DNA from: Candidatus Kapaibacterium sp.
GTDB lineage: Bacteria; Bacteroidota; Ignavibacteria; Kapaibacteriales; HRBIN21
Assembly (NCBI GenBank): GCA_025059875.1
Contig: JANXCT010000005.1
Location: 1,948-65,947 of the forward strand
Direction: 5' to 3'
DNA length: 64,000 nt
Both the position numbers and the translations under genes were made by a program. Positions 9,258 to 19,337 of the stretch are shown piece by piece. The notes under the pieces were generated by a model. That model saw only the letters and a program-made list of their open reading frames with translations. It did not search any database and was not told where the DNA came from. The first letter of the stretch is position 1; every line of letters begins with the position of its first letter.

Positions 9258-11039
9258 ATGAGATGGGCTCTCTTCTTTGCTATAGCGGCGCTTGCCTGGG
9301 CTCAGGTCCGGGTAGATGTGGCCGAACAGCAGCGGTTGGCTCAGACGTTGGAGGCTATCGGAGACTATGCCGGTGCAGCACAGGTGTATGAGCGGCTCCT
9401 CCGCTCGTTTCCCGACTCGGCGGTATATCTCATCGGGTGGGGGCGGGCATACGCTAAGCTGCAACGTGCAAAGGAGGTGCTCCCGCAGGTAAGGGCTTTC
9501 CTCCAGCGCCAGCCTCTGCCGGTCGTCTGGGCGTTCTTAGGGGAGGTGTACTGGTACCTGCAACAGCCGGATTCGGCACGGTGGGCCTGGGAAGAGGCCT
9601 TGCGCCGTGCCCCGATAGAACCGAGCAGCTATCGAGCTGTAGCGTCAGCCCAGTACAACGTCCGACTCACGGACGAAGCTATCGCAACTCTCCTGCGCGG
9701 GCGGCGGCAACTACGCCAAGACACCCTCTTTGCCGATGAGCTGAGTGCATGGTACGTCCGCATCGGGGATGTCGAGCGCGGCGTCCAGGAAATCCTATCG
9801 CTCGTTCGGCAGCGGAGCCCGCTTGCGCTCCTCCAGTCCCGCCTCCTTCAGTATCTAAGCCTCCCCGAGGCAGCGCAGCGAATTCGGCCACTTATGGAGC
9901 GGTATAGCCGGGAGTATCCCCGAGACACTCTGCTACGGCGGTTGTTTGTCTGGTTCCTCCAGGAGATTGGTGACGGGACTGCAGCCTTGGAACAGCTTCA
10001 GCAACTGGATGAGCTCTCTGGCGGCACAGGCATAGAGCTGCTACAGTTTGCAGAAGGGGCTCGGCAGAGTGAGCAGTTTGAGCTTGCCCTACAGGCTTAT
10101 CAGCGGACGCTCCAGAGACGCCCGAGTCGGGAGGTCCGCCTCCGAGCCCTCTACGGCTATGTGCGGACGGCGGAGCAATTGGTTCGTCAGGGTGTGCGCG
10201 ATATCCCCTGGCAACAGATTCGTCGCGATTACGAGGCGCTCGTCCGGGAGGCTGATACGCTACCGATTAGTGCTGAGGCACTCTACGCTTTGGGGCTGTT
10301 CCTGCGGGATGTTGTCCGGGACAGGGTCGCTGCTCGATCTGTCTTGCAAGCGCTCCTTCAGCGTTTTCCACAGACACAGTGGGCAGCCCTTGCCCTCGTC
10401 GCAATGGTGCCGATAGCGCTGCAGGCTGATGACCTAACGCAGGCGTCGACTCTTCTCCAGAAGGCACTTGCGTACGAGACTCTCGTTCCGGAGGCTGCAG
10501 AATGGGCGCGCTTCTGGCAGGCGGAGCTCCAGTTCTTCCAGGGTCGTTTGGATAGCGCCCGCGCTCTCTATGCTACGGTGGGACTCCAGACCAGCAGTCC
10601 AGCGGCGAACAATGCCCTTGAACGGTTGACGCTGCTGGAAACGGCTCCCGACTCTGCACTCCTTCGGCTCTTTGCAGTCGCTGAATTGGCTTTCCTCCAG
10701 GAGCGGTTTGACCGAGCACAGGCACTCTACCTCCGCGTGGTAGAGCAGTCGGGGGAGGATACACCCTTAGCCGAGACATCCTTACTGAAGGCGGCGATGG
10801 CAGCTTTTGCTCGTTCGGACCTCAATGAGGCTCAACGGTTAATCACTCGGCTGCTTGCCGAGAAAGACGATGTACTCTATGGAGACCGGGCTCTCCTGCT
10901 ACTTGGCGACATCCTAGAGCAGCAACAGCGACACAGGGAGGCAATAGCGGTCTACCAGCAGCTCTTGATGCGGTATCCTACCTCGATTTACTCCCCAGAA
11001 GCCCGGCGGCGTCTCCAGCGCCTCCGGCAAGGCACTTAA
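9258..11039 (+). CDS. Secreted TPR-repeat protein
   Basis: 593 aa. Signal-like N-terminus MRWALFFAIAALAWAQ, then helical Ala/Leu/Arg-rich repeats with a TPR-like pattern throughout. Confidence 0.7.
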   Translation: MRWALFFAIAALAWAQVRVDVAEQQRLAQTLEAIGDYAGAAQVYERLLRSFPDSAVYLIGWGRAYAKLQRAKEVLPQVRAFLQRQPLPVVWAFLGEVYWYLQQPDSARWAWEEALRRAPIEPSSYRAVASAQYNVRLTDEAIATLLRGRRQLRQDTLFADELSAWYVRIGDVERGVQEILSLVRQRSPLALLQSRLLQYLSLPEAAQRIRPLMERYSREYPRDTLLRRLFVWFLQEIGDGTAALEQLQQLDELSGGTGIELLQFAEGARQSEQFELALQAYQRTLQRRPSREVRLRALYGYVRTAEQLVRQGVRDIPWQQIRRDYEALVREADTLPISAEALYALGLFLRDVVRDRVAARSVLQALLQRFPQTQWAALALVAMVPIALQADDLTQASTLLQKALAYETLVPEAAEWARFWQAELQFFQGRLDSARALYATVGLQTSSPAANNALERLTLLETAPDSALLRLFAVAELAFLQERFDRAQALYLRVVEQSGEDTPLAETSLLKAAMAAFARSDLNEAQRLITRLLAEKDDVLYGDRALLLLGDILEQQQRHREAIAVYQQLLMRYPTSIYSPEARRRLQRLRQGT

Positions 11040-11794
11040 AGGTAGCTCTGGATGAGCTCTTGTAGGCGGAGAGCGTCGCGGGGGGCGGTGCCGGCAGTGT
11101 TGTTGAAGTAAGCGTAGACTCGGAGGCCGGCAGAGAGGGCCTCAGCAAGGCGAGCCGCCCACGGTTGGAGTTCGGCGTCGGAATACCGATGCGCGTATCC
11201 GCCCTCCAATCCATGGAACCGGACGTAGACAAACGGCGCAGTGACGGTCAAGAACGAAGGGAAGCGGAGGGAATCGCTCCACACAGTCGCGACTCTATGC
11301 CGCTGGAGGAGTTGCCAGACCTGGGGGATATTCCAGGAGGGGTGACGGAATTCCACTGCATGCTCTACCTCCGAAGGGAGGGCTTGAAGGAAAGAGCGGA
11401 GCCATACCAGATCGCAGGTGTGGCGTGGTGGGAATTGCCACAGAATTGGACCTCGTCGTGTCCCGAGGGCAGCGGTTCCCTCTATCAGCCGGGAGAGGTC
11501 GGCCGAACTATCTTGAGCTGTTGTGGGTTGATGAGTTAGTGTCCGTGGGGCTTTTACAGCGAAGCAGAACTGTTCTGAGACGGAACGTGCCCACTCTTGG
11601 AAGCGCTGGGGTGGTGGGAGAGCGTAGAAAGTGCTGTTGAGCTCGACAGTCGTAAAGTACTGCGCATAGAACTCCAGCCACCTCCGTTGCGGAAGGGACT
11701 TTGGGTACCACCACGACCGCCACTCTCGGTAGGTCCACCCGCTCGTCCCGACGTGGAGGCTGGAGACCCTGAAGGTATCGCTCGCAGGATCCAT
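11036..11794 (-). CDS. DUF72 family protein
   Basis: 252 aa. HVGTSGWTYREW...YFTTVELNSTFY...FCFAVKAPRTLTH is the characteristic DUF72 (UPF0759) pattern. Confidence 0.8.
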   Translation of the reverse strand: MDPASDTFRVSSLHVGTSGWTYREWRSWWYPKSLPQRRWLEFYAQYFTTVELNSTFYALPPPQRFQEWARSVSEQFCFAVKAPRTLTHQPTTAQDSSADLSRLIEGTAALGTRRGPILWQFPPRHTCDLVWLRSFLQALPSEVEHAVEFRHPSWNIPQVWQLLQRHRVATVWSDSLRFPSFLTVTAPFVYVRFHGLEGGYAHRYSDAELQPWAARLAEALSAGLRVYAYFNNTAGTAPRDALRLQELIQSYL

Positions 11795-11797
11795 CCC

Positions 11798-14452
11798 CTA
11801 AGGAGCGACGGCTCCTGCCTCGATCGGCGTGCTGATGAGGATTTGGACTGTGCGGTTGTAGAAGCGCCCTTCCGGGAGGTCGTTCGTATAGAGCGGATCG
11901 TCTTCCCCGACGCCACGGGCGGTCAGGCTCTGGTAGCGTCCTTTGGCATACTGCTCTATAGCCCGATAGACCGTTCGGGCACGATTTTCGGAGAGCCTCT
12001 TGTTGTGGTCGTAGAGTCCAACTACGTCGGTGTGGCCGATGATCTCAATTGTGGAGTTGGGAAAGACTCGTGGGAAGACGTACTCTCGTAGAATTCGCTC
12101 GTTGAGCGGTCCTGCGTCGTAGCGGTCGAAGGGGAAGAGGATGAGGTTGTAGCGCTCGAGAGTCCGGTCGGCCATGCGCTCTATCTTCTTCTGTTCTGTG
12201 GTCACCTGCATGACCGGGATTGCGATCGGATCGGAAGCGCACTCCTGGCCCGTCTTGCTCCGCACGATGAGTCGGGCTTGGTAGGGGATTTCGTCGTCGG
12301 GGTATTCACCCTTGGCGTTGACCCAGTCCCAAGTATACGAAGGAGTGGACCTCCCAATGTCTGTCAGGGTCTTCCACGCCTGTCCGCCACGGGTGATTTC
12401 AATACGGCGGCTCTCCACAAGATTATCCGCAATGCCGTTACGCATCACGAATTCCATTGTCTCCGGCGAAGGAAGCCGCTTGGGGTCACGGCTCAAGATA
12501 GGCTTGATTACTTCCCAATCGGAGCAGATCAGCTCAACGCGGCGGTTTTCCACAATCCCCTGTGGGTCGTTGAGGTTGGAAGGGACTTGGGGTAGGTTTC
12601 GAACGGTGATCTTCATCCGCTCTGGGCTGATTCCCCAGATGTCCCTCAGGTAGTTGAAGACGGCCTGAGCTCGTTCCAGAGAGAGTCCAGGGCGCTTCTC
12701 TGCAGGCGTTTTATTGTCATTACAGCCGACGATCTCGAGCCGTGCATTGGGGTTCTTCCGGAGGCGGTAGCCGTAGATGTTGAGAATGTGGTAGTACTTT
12801 TCCAGCGTGCCTCCCGGGATGCGCTCGTCACTGAATGTGGCGGTCTCCTGCGGGCTTTGGAAGAGGACGTACCGGTCTGGGATTCGAGACGAGCCTTCGT
12901 CGAAGAAGACGTAGTGCAACAGGGGGAAGAGCTCAATAGAAGCCACTTCCTCCATAACTAAGCCTCGAAAGCTCGCAATCTTGGGATCCTCTTGAGCCCG
13001 ACGTCGGACGTAGTCGGCTGGTTCGATGTTGGCTTCTAGGACTGGACGTTGTCCGAGGGTAAGCACTACTCGAATCTCGAGGCTCTTCTGGGCCTCCTCC
13101 TCTGTTCGTGCCTCTGGCGGCTTCTCTACGTGGACTTTCTGCGTGACGCTACCGTAGTTGGGATTGTAGGCGGTGATCTCTAGGTCGAATTCTTTGATGC
13201 CCAGCTTCGGGTCACCAAAGTCTGTGGCGCTGACGACGTACTGAAACTCTGTCCGGGTGGTGCCAGAACCGGAGACAGTGTCTGTTGTAATCCTCCCAGT
13301 GATGGGATTGCGGATGGTGATCTTCGCAGGGATGTCAGCACCAGTACATTCGTCGATTACCCGCCCGACGATGTTGACTGCGCGGAAGAACGTTGGGACG
13401 AACGCCATGAAGAGATCGTAGTCACCTTGGTATCCCGGCAGGTCGCGCCGCTTTGAGCCGAAGTAGAGGACATTTCCTGCCGCTGGTAGTGTTAGGAAGA
13501 GCTCGTCTTCATCAGTGTTCAGTGGACGTCCCAGGTTTTGGGGCCGCGACCAGCTCCCATCTGGTTGGCGTCGAACGATGTAGAAGTCCAAGCCGCCAAA
13601 GTTCGGTTTGTGTCCGTCGGAGGCGAAGAAGAAGGTTTGGTTGTCAGCAGCGATGAAAGGAGAGGCTTCGCGTCCTGGGGTGTTGATCTCGCTCAGGTTG
13701 ACAGCAGGTTTCCACTCGCCTCGCTCGAAATCGAAGTCGCTGTACCAGATGTCCAGGTTCCCCTGGCCATGGGGTCCTGGACGGTTGGAGACGAAGTATA
13801 GGCGGCTCTTGTCGGGAGCAATCGAGGGTTGCGCTTCCCAGAAGGCAGAGTTGATGTTGGGCCCTAAGTTCCGAGGCCGAGCCCACCGATCGCCTTCAAT
13901 CTCGGTGACGTAGATGTCGCAGCTTCCTAGACCATCAGGGCGATTGCAGCCGGTGAAGAACAGTGTTCGACCGTCAGCAGCAATGGTAGCAACGCCTTCG
14001 TTATAACGAGTGTTGACGCCAAGGTCGCCCAGTTCCGTCGTTGTGTCGATGTTGAAAGGCGGAAAGAAGATTGTGTCTAAGGGGTTCTCTTTCCGTGCAG
14101 CCCAGAAGTCGTGTGAGAAGTTGCCGTCAGGGAGGCGCTTGCTGCCGGGTCTATTGGACACAAAATAGAGGGTTCGGCCATCAGCAGTAACCGTAGGCGC
14201 ATAGTCAGCGTACGGCGAGTTGACGACTGGGCCTAGGTTGATGATGCGGATGTAGCGACTTCCAAGGATTGTTTCCTGTTCCTGTTGAAGCGGCCGTGGC
14301 TCGATAACAGCTGCGTAGAGGTACAGAGAGCTCTCCTCAGGAATCGGAAGGCTTGTAGCCCTTAGAGAGAGGGGCTCACTCCAATGCGGCTCCTTCCCCC
14401 AAAGGATAGCAGTCAGTAGAGCGATGCCGTAGGTAGCTACTCTACGGTACAT
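11798..14452 (-). CDS. Large envelope protein: PD40/TolB-like beta-propeller repeats plus two OmpA-like C-terminal domains
   Basis: 884 aa with a signal-like N-terminus. Repeated DGRTLYFVSNRPG / RLYFVSNRPG / TFFFASDG units. Two OmpA-type peptidoglycan-binding segments (LSLERAQAV...ENRRVELI and LSENRARTVY...NRTVQILI). Confidence 0.8.
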   Translation of the reverse strand: MYRRVATYGIALLTAILWGKEPHWSEPLSLRATSLPIPEESSLYLYAAVIEPRPLQQEQETILGSRYIRIINLGPVVNSPYADYAPTVTADGRTLYFVSNRPGSKRLPDGNFSHDFWAARKENPLDTIFFPPFNIDTTTELGDLGVNTRYNEGVATIAADGRTLFFTGCNRPDGLGSCDIYVTEIEGDRWARPRNLGPNINSAFWEAQPSIAPDKSRLYFVSNRPGPHGQGNLDIWYSDFDFERGEWKPAVNLSEINTPGREASPFIAADNQTFFFASDGHKPNFGGLDFYIVRRQPDGSWSRPQNLGRPLNTDEDELFLTLPAAGNVLYFGSKRRDLPGYQGDYDLFMAFVPTFFRAVNIVGRVIDECTGADIPAKITIRNPITGRITTDTVSGSGTTRTEFQYVVSATDFGDPKLGIKEFDLEITAYNPNYGSVTQKVHVEKPPEARTEEEAQKSLEIRVVLTLGQRPVLEANIEPADYVRRRAQEDPKIASFRGLVMEEVASIELFPLLHYVFFDEGSSRIPDRYVLFQSPQETATFSDERIPGGTLEKYYHILNIYGYRLRKNPNARLEIVGCNDNKTPAEKRPGLSLERAQAVFNYLRDIWGISPERMKITVRNLPQVPSNLNDPQGIVENRRVELICSDWEVIKPILSRDPKRLPSPETMEFVMRNGIADNLVESRRIEITRGGQAWKTLTDIGRSTPSYTWDWVNAKGEYPDDEIPYQARLIVRSKTGQECASDPIAIPVMQVTTEQKKIERMADRTLERYNLILFPFDRYDAGPLNERILREYVFPRVFPNSTIEIIGHTDVVGLYDHNKRLSENRARTVYRAIEQYAKGRYQSLTARGVGEDDPLYTNDLPEGRFYNRTVQILISTPIEAGAVAP

Positions 14453-14487
14453 CCGTACAACCCCTTGTTACTACGACACTTTTGCCA

Positions 14488-14495
14488 CAAATTTA
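14488..14495 (-). promoter_or_regulatory. Candidate -7 promoter box TAAATTTG upstream of the OmpA/PD40 gene
   Basis: Exact TAnnTTTG match on the minus strand, 35 nt upstream of the start codon at 14452. Confidence 0.4.
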
Positions 14496-14512
14496 CACAT
14501 CACAGCCTGCAC

Positions 14513-15307
14513 CTACCACGTCTTGCCGAGCGAGACTGTGGGGCACCACTGAGAAAAGCGAAGAGTAGCTGGAGGGCCTAACACGGAGCTCCCGTAGAGC
14601 AGCGCATAGACCCCAAAGCTCAACCACCATTCTCGTCCGAGCAGGAAGTCAGCTCCGCAGTGCAGGAGCCCTCCGATTGCGGGACGAGACGTGGGACGGC
14701 CAGAGTCCACAGTGGTGTTCGTCACTGGCTGTAGCAGTAACGTTTCACCGCTCGGTAACCGTACAGCCCACTGGAGAAGCTCCTTGTCGTGCCGAAGGTG
14801 AACGGAGAGGGGGAGAAAGAAAGCTGGTCCGGCGGAGGCGACGAGCCATTGGGTGGGTCTCCACCGTAGGTAGCCCCATAGCGTTAACGTCACGAACTGG
14901 AGGATTGTCTGGTTGCGCATTTCTACAGGGAGCAACAGGGTGTCGGTAGGGTGAACGAATGGAATGGGTTCACGCTCGCGGTATGATGCTCGAAGGTTGC
15001 AGGAGTTGATGAGGACAGAGGCTCCCCAGAGCCATTCCAGAAGCAGTGGAGCGCTGTAGGCAAGACCAAACAGCCATCCGCTCCCAATCCCGTTGGAGAA
15101 ATCGCGAGAGCAGCGACTGCGGAATGTACCCTGCTGAAAGCTCCAGCCGAACCCTACCGTAGCGATGATCTCCGGGGGATACTGCTTCATAGTCGGGGCC
15201 AGGGGTGAGGGCGGAGTGACAACCTGCCGCCCTTGTGCCCACAGAGGGACGGTTCCGATAACGAGGCAACAGAATCGTCGTATGAGAGAAGCTCGAGTGT
15301 GGAGCAT
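14513..15307 (-). CDS. Hypothetical outer-membrane beta-barrel-like protein
   Basis: The internal Met at 15307 gives a signal peptide (MLHTRASLIRRFCCLVIGTVPLWAQG). The body has alternating hydrophobic/aromatic residues and the C-terminal residue is aromatic (W). The listed ORF extends to 15460, but that N-terminus is not signal-like. Confidence 0.5.
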   Translation of the reverse strand: MLHTRASLIRRFCCLVIGTVPLWAQGRQVVTPPSPLAPTMKQYPPEIIATVGFGWSFQQGTFRSRCSRDFSNGIGSGWLFGLAYSAPLLLEWLWGASVLINSCNLRASYREREPIPFVHPTDTLLLPVEMRNQTILQFVTLTLWGYLRWRPTQWLVASAGPAFFLPLSVHLRHDKELLQWAVRLPSGETLLLQPVTNTTVDSGRPTSRPAIGGLLHCGADFLLGREWWLSFGVYALLYGSSVLGPPATLRFSQWCPTVSLGKTW

Positions 15308-16703
15308 GGCGCAGAGCAACTTAGAAAAAAACCACGATACGGAGACACAGCAGAAGCAACGGCCACTCTCTGAGGTCTCTCCAGCTCGCTGGGAAGCTTG
15401 GCAGATTCTCCAGCGCGTAGAAGGAACTGGTGCGTATCTAGACCGGCTCGTAGAGAGCATGCTGAATCGTCGGCCGTTGGGAGTAGCAGATCGGGCCCTT
15501 CTGGCAGAACTCGTCCATGGTGTCGTTCGGTGGCAGCGGTGGTTGGACTTTGTCCTCCAGCACTTTGCAGCGCATCCTCTCCATCGGTATCCGATGCCGG
15601 TGCGAGCTGCCCTTCGGTTAGGGGCTTACCAATTGCTATTCCTCTCCCGGGTTCCAGCCTACGCTGCCCTTCACCAGGCCGTAGAGCTTGTCAAGCCGTT
15701 ATGCCCAAAGGCGGCAGGTTTGGTGAATGCTATACTACGTGCCCTTCTGCGTCATCGGGAGAGGCTTCCAGAGCCGGATCGAGAGGACAAGGTTCGCTAC
15801 TACGCTACTGTAGCCTCGTATCCGACGTGGATCGTACGCCGTTGGCTGGAGCGTCTAGGGGAAGAGGAAGCAGTGCAGCTCCTACAGGCCCAGAACCGAC
15901 GGCCGCAGGTAGCACTGCGTGTGAATCAGCAGCGAATACGGCCTGAAGAGCTTGTGGAATGGCTCCGCTGCCGTGGAGTAGAGACGTCGGTGTCGGAATA
16001 CACACAACGTTGCATCCTTGCCGAGCATCTGCCCCACGAGTTGCTGCGGGAGGTGTTGCAGCATGGATGGGCCAGTGTTCAGGATGTGAGCGCGGCCCTC
16101 GTTGTGGAGTTGGCAGCAGTGCGTCCAGGAATGCAGATTGTGGATCTCTGTGCCGCTCCCGGTGGAAAGGCCTGCGCTATGGCGGAGCAGCTCGAAGGGA
16201 GGGGGCATATCGCTGCAGTGGACGTCCATCCGAATCGGCTACGTCTGGTAGAGCGTGAGGCAAATCGGCTAGGGGTCGCGTCGGTGATGTCATTCCATGC
16301 CGCTGATGCTCGTTCCTTCCGGTGGAAGGCGGCCGATCTTGTGTTAGCAGACGTCCCTTGCTCAGGCCTGGGAACGATTGCTAAGAAGCCGGATATCAAG
16401 TGGCACCGCAGAGAAGCAGACATTCCAGCCCTCGTTCGGCTACAGCGGAGCATCCTGGAGAATGCGGCACGGCTAGTGCGTCCTGGAGGAGTGTTGCTCT
16501 ACAGTACCTGTACGACTGAGCCTGAGGAGAACGAGGGGGTTGTCCAGGACTTTCTACGGCGCCATCCAGAGTTTGTCCTCGAACATGCAGAGCAGTGGAT
16601 ACCTGCTGCCGTCTGCCAAGACGGCTTCCTGAAGGTTCTGCCGCACCGGCACCCTGGATGCGATGGGGCCTTCGCAGCGCGGATGCGGCGGGTGGATGGC
16701 TAA
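15306..16703 (+). CDS. rsmB: 16S rRNA (cytosine-C5)-methyltransferase RsmB/Sun
   Basis: NusB-like N-terminal half, SAM-binding DLCAAPGGK and catalytic DVPCSGLGTIAKKPDIKW motifs. Start chosen at MAQSNLEK; an alternative ATG lies at 15282. Confidence 0.85.
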   Translation: MAQSNLEKNHDTETQQKQRPLSEVSPARWEAWQILQRVEGTGAYLDRLVESMLNRRPLGVADRALLAELVHGVVRWQRWLDFVLQHFAAHPLHRYPMPVRAALRLGAYQLLFLSRVPAYAALHQAVELVKPLCPKAAGLVNAILRALLRHRERLPEPDREDKVRYYATVASYPTWIVRRWLERLGEEEAVQLLQAQNRRPQVALRVNQQRIRPEELVEWLRCRGVETSVSEYTQRCILAEHLPHELLREVLQHGWASVQDVSAALVVELAAVRPGMQIVDLCAAPGGKACAMAEQLEGRGHIAAVDVHPNRLRLVEREANRLGVASVMSFHAADARSFRWKAADLVLADVPCSGLGTIAKKPDIKWHRREADIPALVRLQRSILENAARLVRPGGVLLYSTCTTEPEENEGVVQDFLRRHPEFVLEHAEQWIPAAVCQDGFLKVLPHRHPGCDGAFAARMRRVDG

Positions 16704-16732
16704 TTTTGGAACGCTCCAAGGGCGTTTTCGTG

Positions 16733-17527
16733 ATGCGGCGCATTGGCGTCTTCGATTCAGGGATTGGTGGATTGACCGTCGTGCGGCATATCATTCCGTA
16801 CGCTGCTGGGTGCGAGCTTCTCTACGTCGGAGACACAGCGCGTGTGCCATACGGTAACCGCGGTCCGGAGGCAATTCGCCAATATGCAAGGGAGCTAACC
16901 CTGTACCTGTGCGAGCAAGAGGTGGAGTTGATAGTGGTGGCTTGCAACACCGTCTCCGCTGTGGCTTTAGAGGTGGTCCAAGCGCATTCACCAGTACCGG
17001 TCATTGACGTTGTCGAGCCAACCGTTGAACTGACTCTGCGGCAGACGACGGAGGGACGGATTGGGATTATCGGGACTCGTGCAACAATTGCCAGTGGCAT
17101 CTACGAACGACTCCTGCGGCAGCGTTCGGAGTGGCCTCTCGAGATCTACGGGAAGGCTTGTCCGCTGTTTGTCCCGCTCGTTGAGGAGGGCTGGATCGAG
17201 AGTCCAGTTACGGAGCAGATTGCTGAATTCTACCTTGCACCCCTGCGGGAAGCAGGGATTGATACGCTCGTCTTGGGGTGCACGCACTATCCGCTACTCG
17301 TACCGGTCCTCCAGCGAGTGCTACCAGACTGCCGCTTGGTGGAGTCGGGTGCGGCTGTTGCTGAGCGGCTCCAAGCGCTAGGGTACGCATCGGACCAAGA
17401 CGGGGGAGCCGCTCAATTGGTTCTGCACTTGACCGATGAGCCAGGGGAAGCACTAAAACACCTCCTCCGCCGCCTGCAGCTTGTGCCTGCAGACGTTCGC
17501 TCCATCCGGCTGTGGGAATACGTCTGA
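16733..17527 (+). CDS. murI: Glutamate racemase
   Basis: MRRIGVFDSGIGGLTV, VVACNTVSA and LGCTHYPLL motifs. Start taken at the internal ATG 16733. Confidence 0.9.
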   Translation: MRRIGVFDSGIGGLTVVRHIIPYAAGCELLYVGDTARVPYGNRGPEAIRQYARELTLYLCEQEVELIVVACNTVSAVALEVVQAHSPVPVIDVVEPTVELTLRQTTEGRIGIIGTRATIASGIYERLLRQRSEWPLEIYGKACPLFVPLVEEGWIESPVTEQIAEFYLAPLREAGIDTLVLGCTHYPLLVPVLQRVLPDCRLVESGAAVAERLQALGYASDQDGGAAQLVLHLTDEPGEALKHLLRRLQLVPADVRSIRLWEYV

Positions 17528-17528
17528 A

Positions 17529-18200
17529 GCGGTCGTCGAGCAGCTACGGGAATTGGAAGAGCTTGGCCAGCGGTTTGCCGAGAGTTCCAGCAGATATTTG
17601 GAGCTGCTGGGGGACGCCACCAACACTAGCGAGGCGTCTCTGTAACTGGGGACCCTAGTCACTTCGTTAGCCAGAGAGGCAACGAAAGTGACTTGGCGTA
17701 TGGAATGCAGCAAGCGGGAGTCTTCGAGGCGTAGGCGGCGGGGCTGCTGCACGATGCTCCTGTTACGATATCGGACAGTAGCGGCAACATTGGTCTTCCC
17801 GAAGCGGTGTTTGTAGAAGTTCCCTGTGGAGATGCCTCTGAGCAGCAGCTCCGCGAGCGCTATCCGGGACCGAGGGTATATCTTTCAGCGGTGCTTAGCG
17901 CTCTGCGGCATTGCCGGAATCGTCTTCCAACATCACGAACGTCTGGGCGGCTTGGGATTCCCTCGATACCTGCGCGGATGCCAGATTCGTGCGGAGGCTG
18001 CAGTGGTCGCACCCGTGGACATCTTCTGCAAACGCCTACTGACAGCGACGTAACTGCCATTTCGCTCCGGCAGGTTACACTGAGCCGGCAGAAGTCGCTT
18101 GGCAGCGCTACCTTGGGGTCCTGCGCCATCTGGAAGGGGAAGCAGGTGTCCCCTACCACCTTGTAGTACCACCTCGCGGTTGTGCGTGCCTCCGTTGAGC
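17529..18200 (+). pseudogene. Degenerate HD-GYP domain phosphodiesterase relic
   Basis: AAGLLHD (17735-17755) is immediately preceded by an in-frame TAG. A different frame carries IVFQHHERLGGLGFPRYLRGCQIRAEAAVVAPVDIF (HHExxDGxGYP-type motif at 17931-17963). No single open frame spans both parts. Confidence 0.5.
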
Positions 18201-18404
18201 TTGAGGAGGAGCATCCCCGACTGGGGGCTGGAATTGCGCAGAGTGCTTTGGTCAACCAGCTCTGCTCGGGAACGGTGTTAGCAGAGAGCTACTACACTTC
18301 CCGCGGACTACTCATCGTTGCTGAGGGAGTTCGTGATGCCAGAGATGGTGCTGACATTCGTCCGATAGGAGCCGGCGAGCCATCCAGAAAGTGCTTTGGG
18401 TCCG

Positions 18405-19337
18405 ATGCAACTCCTGTCGTACATTGGCCGGAAGTTCTTGGTGGCACTCGGCATCCTCTGGGGAGTGGTGACGGTCACTTTCTTCCTCAACTTCGTGCTT
18501 CCGGGGGATCCAGCTCGGCTCCTGGCGGGGCAGCGGGCGGATGCGGCGACCATTGCTGCTATTCGGCAACAGCTCGGGCTGGATCAACCGCTACCGATGC
18601 AGTACGTCCGCTTCCTGAGCCGAGTCATTCAAGGAGACTTGGGACGCTCGTACGTGACGAATCGCCCTGTGCTGGAGACCATTGTGGAGCGCTTTCCAGC
18701 GACGGCGCTGCTGACGGTGAGTTCGATGGCGATTGCGACGTTGGTGGGAATTGCTCTTGGGCTTGTGGCTGCACTGCGTCCCAATACTTGGCTAGATGCC
18801 GCACTAATGGCGACAGCGCTCGTTGGAATCTCAGTGCCTTCGTTCGTAGCAGGGCTGGTGTTGCTGGTACTCTTTGGGGTCATGTTGGAGTGGCTTCCGC
18901 TGGCTGGCTACGTGGACCAGGGCTGGGAACACCTGGTGCTACCGATGATTACGTTAGCACTGCGCCCCCTCTCGATCATTGCTCGGATGACGCGCTCTAG
19001 CATGCTAGAGGTGCTTGCCCAAGACTACATCCGGACAGCGTACGCAAAGGGGGTACCGCGGATATGGGTCGTCCTACGGCATGCGCTGCGGAACGCTCTC
19101 AATCCTGTGGTGACCACTGTCAGCGCGTGGGTGGCCGGATTGCTAGCAGGGGCTTTCTTCGTAGAGTACATCTTCAACTGGCCCGGCATTGGCACTGTTG
19201 CCATCAGTGCAATTGAGAAGCTCGACTACCCACTCATTCAGGGGACGGTGCTCTTCACGGCAGCGGTGTTCGTTGTCGTCAACTTCGTCGTGGACGTACT
19301 CTATGCCGTTCTGGACCCAAGAGTCCAGCTCCGCTGA
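18405..19337 (+). CDS. ABC transporter permease, peptide/nickel (DppB/OppB-like) family
   Basis: MQLLSYIGRKFLVALGILWGVVTVTFFLNFVLPGDPA N-terminus and six hydrophobic segments typical of the family. The ORF track starts at TTG 18396; ATG at 18405 is preferred. Confidence 0.85.
   Translation: MQLLSYIGRKFLVALGILWGVVTVTFFLNFVLPGDPARLLAGQRADAATIAAIRQQLGLDQPLPMQYVRFLSRVIQGDLGRSYVTNRPVLETIVERFPATALLTVSSMAIATLVGIALGLVAALRPNTWLDAALMATALVGISVPSFVAGLVLLVLFGVMLEWLPLAGYVDQGWEHLVLPMITLALRPLSIIARMTRSSMLEVLAQDYIRTAYAKGVPRIWVVLRHALRNALNPVVTTVSAWVAGLLAGAFFVEYIFNWPGIGTVAISAIEKLDYPLIQGTVLFTAAVFVVVNFVVDVLYAVLDPRVQLR

Noticed and set aside
15165-15305. Upstream extension of rsmB (ORF track start 15165)
   Set aside because: The extension lies antisense over the neighbouring gene's signal-peptide region and has odd composition. 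The conserved RsmB sequence begins after MAQSNLEK.
18182-19000. 272-aa plus-strand ORF
   Set aside because: It is out of frame with the clearly recognisable DppB-like permease occupying 18405-19337. It is Gly/Ala/Arg-rich.
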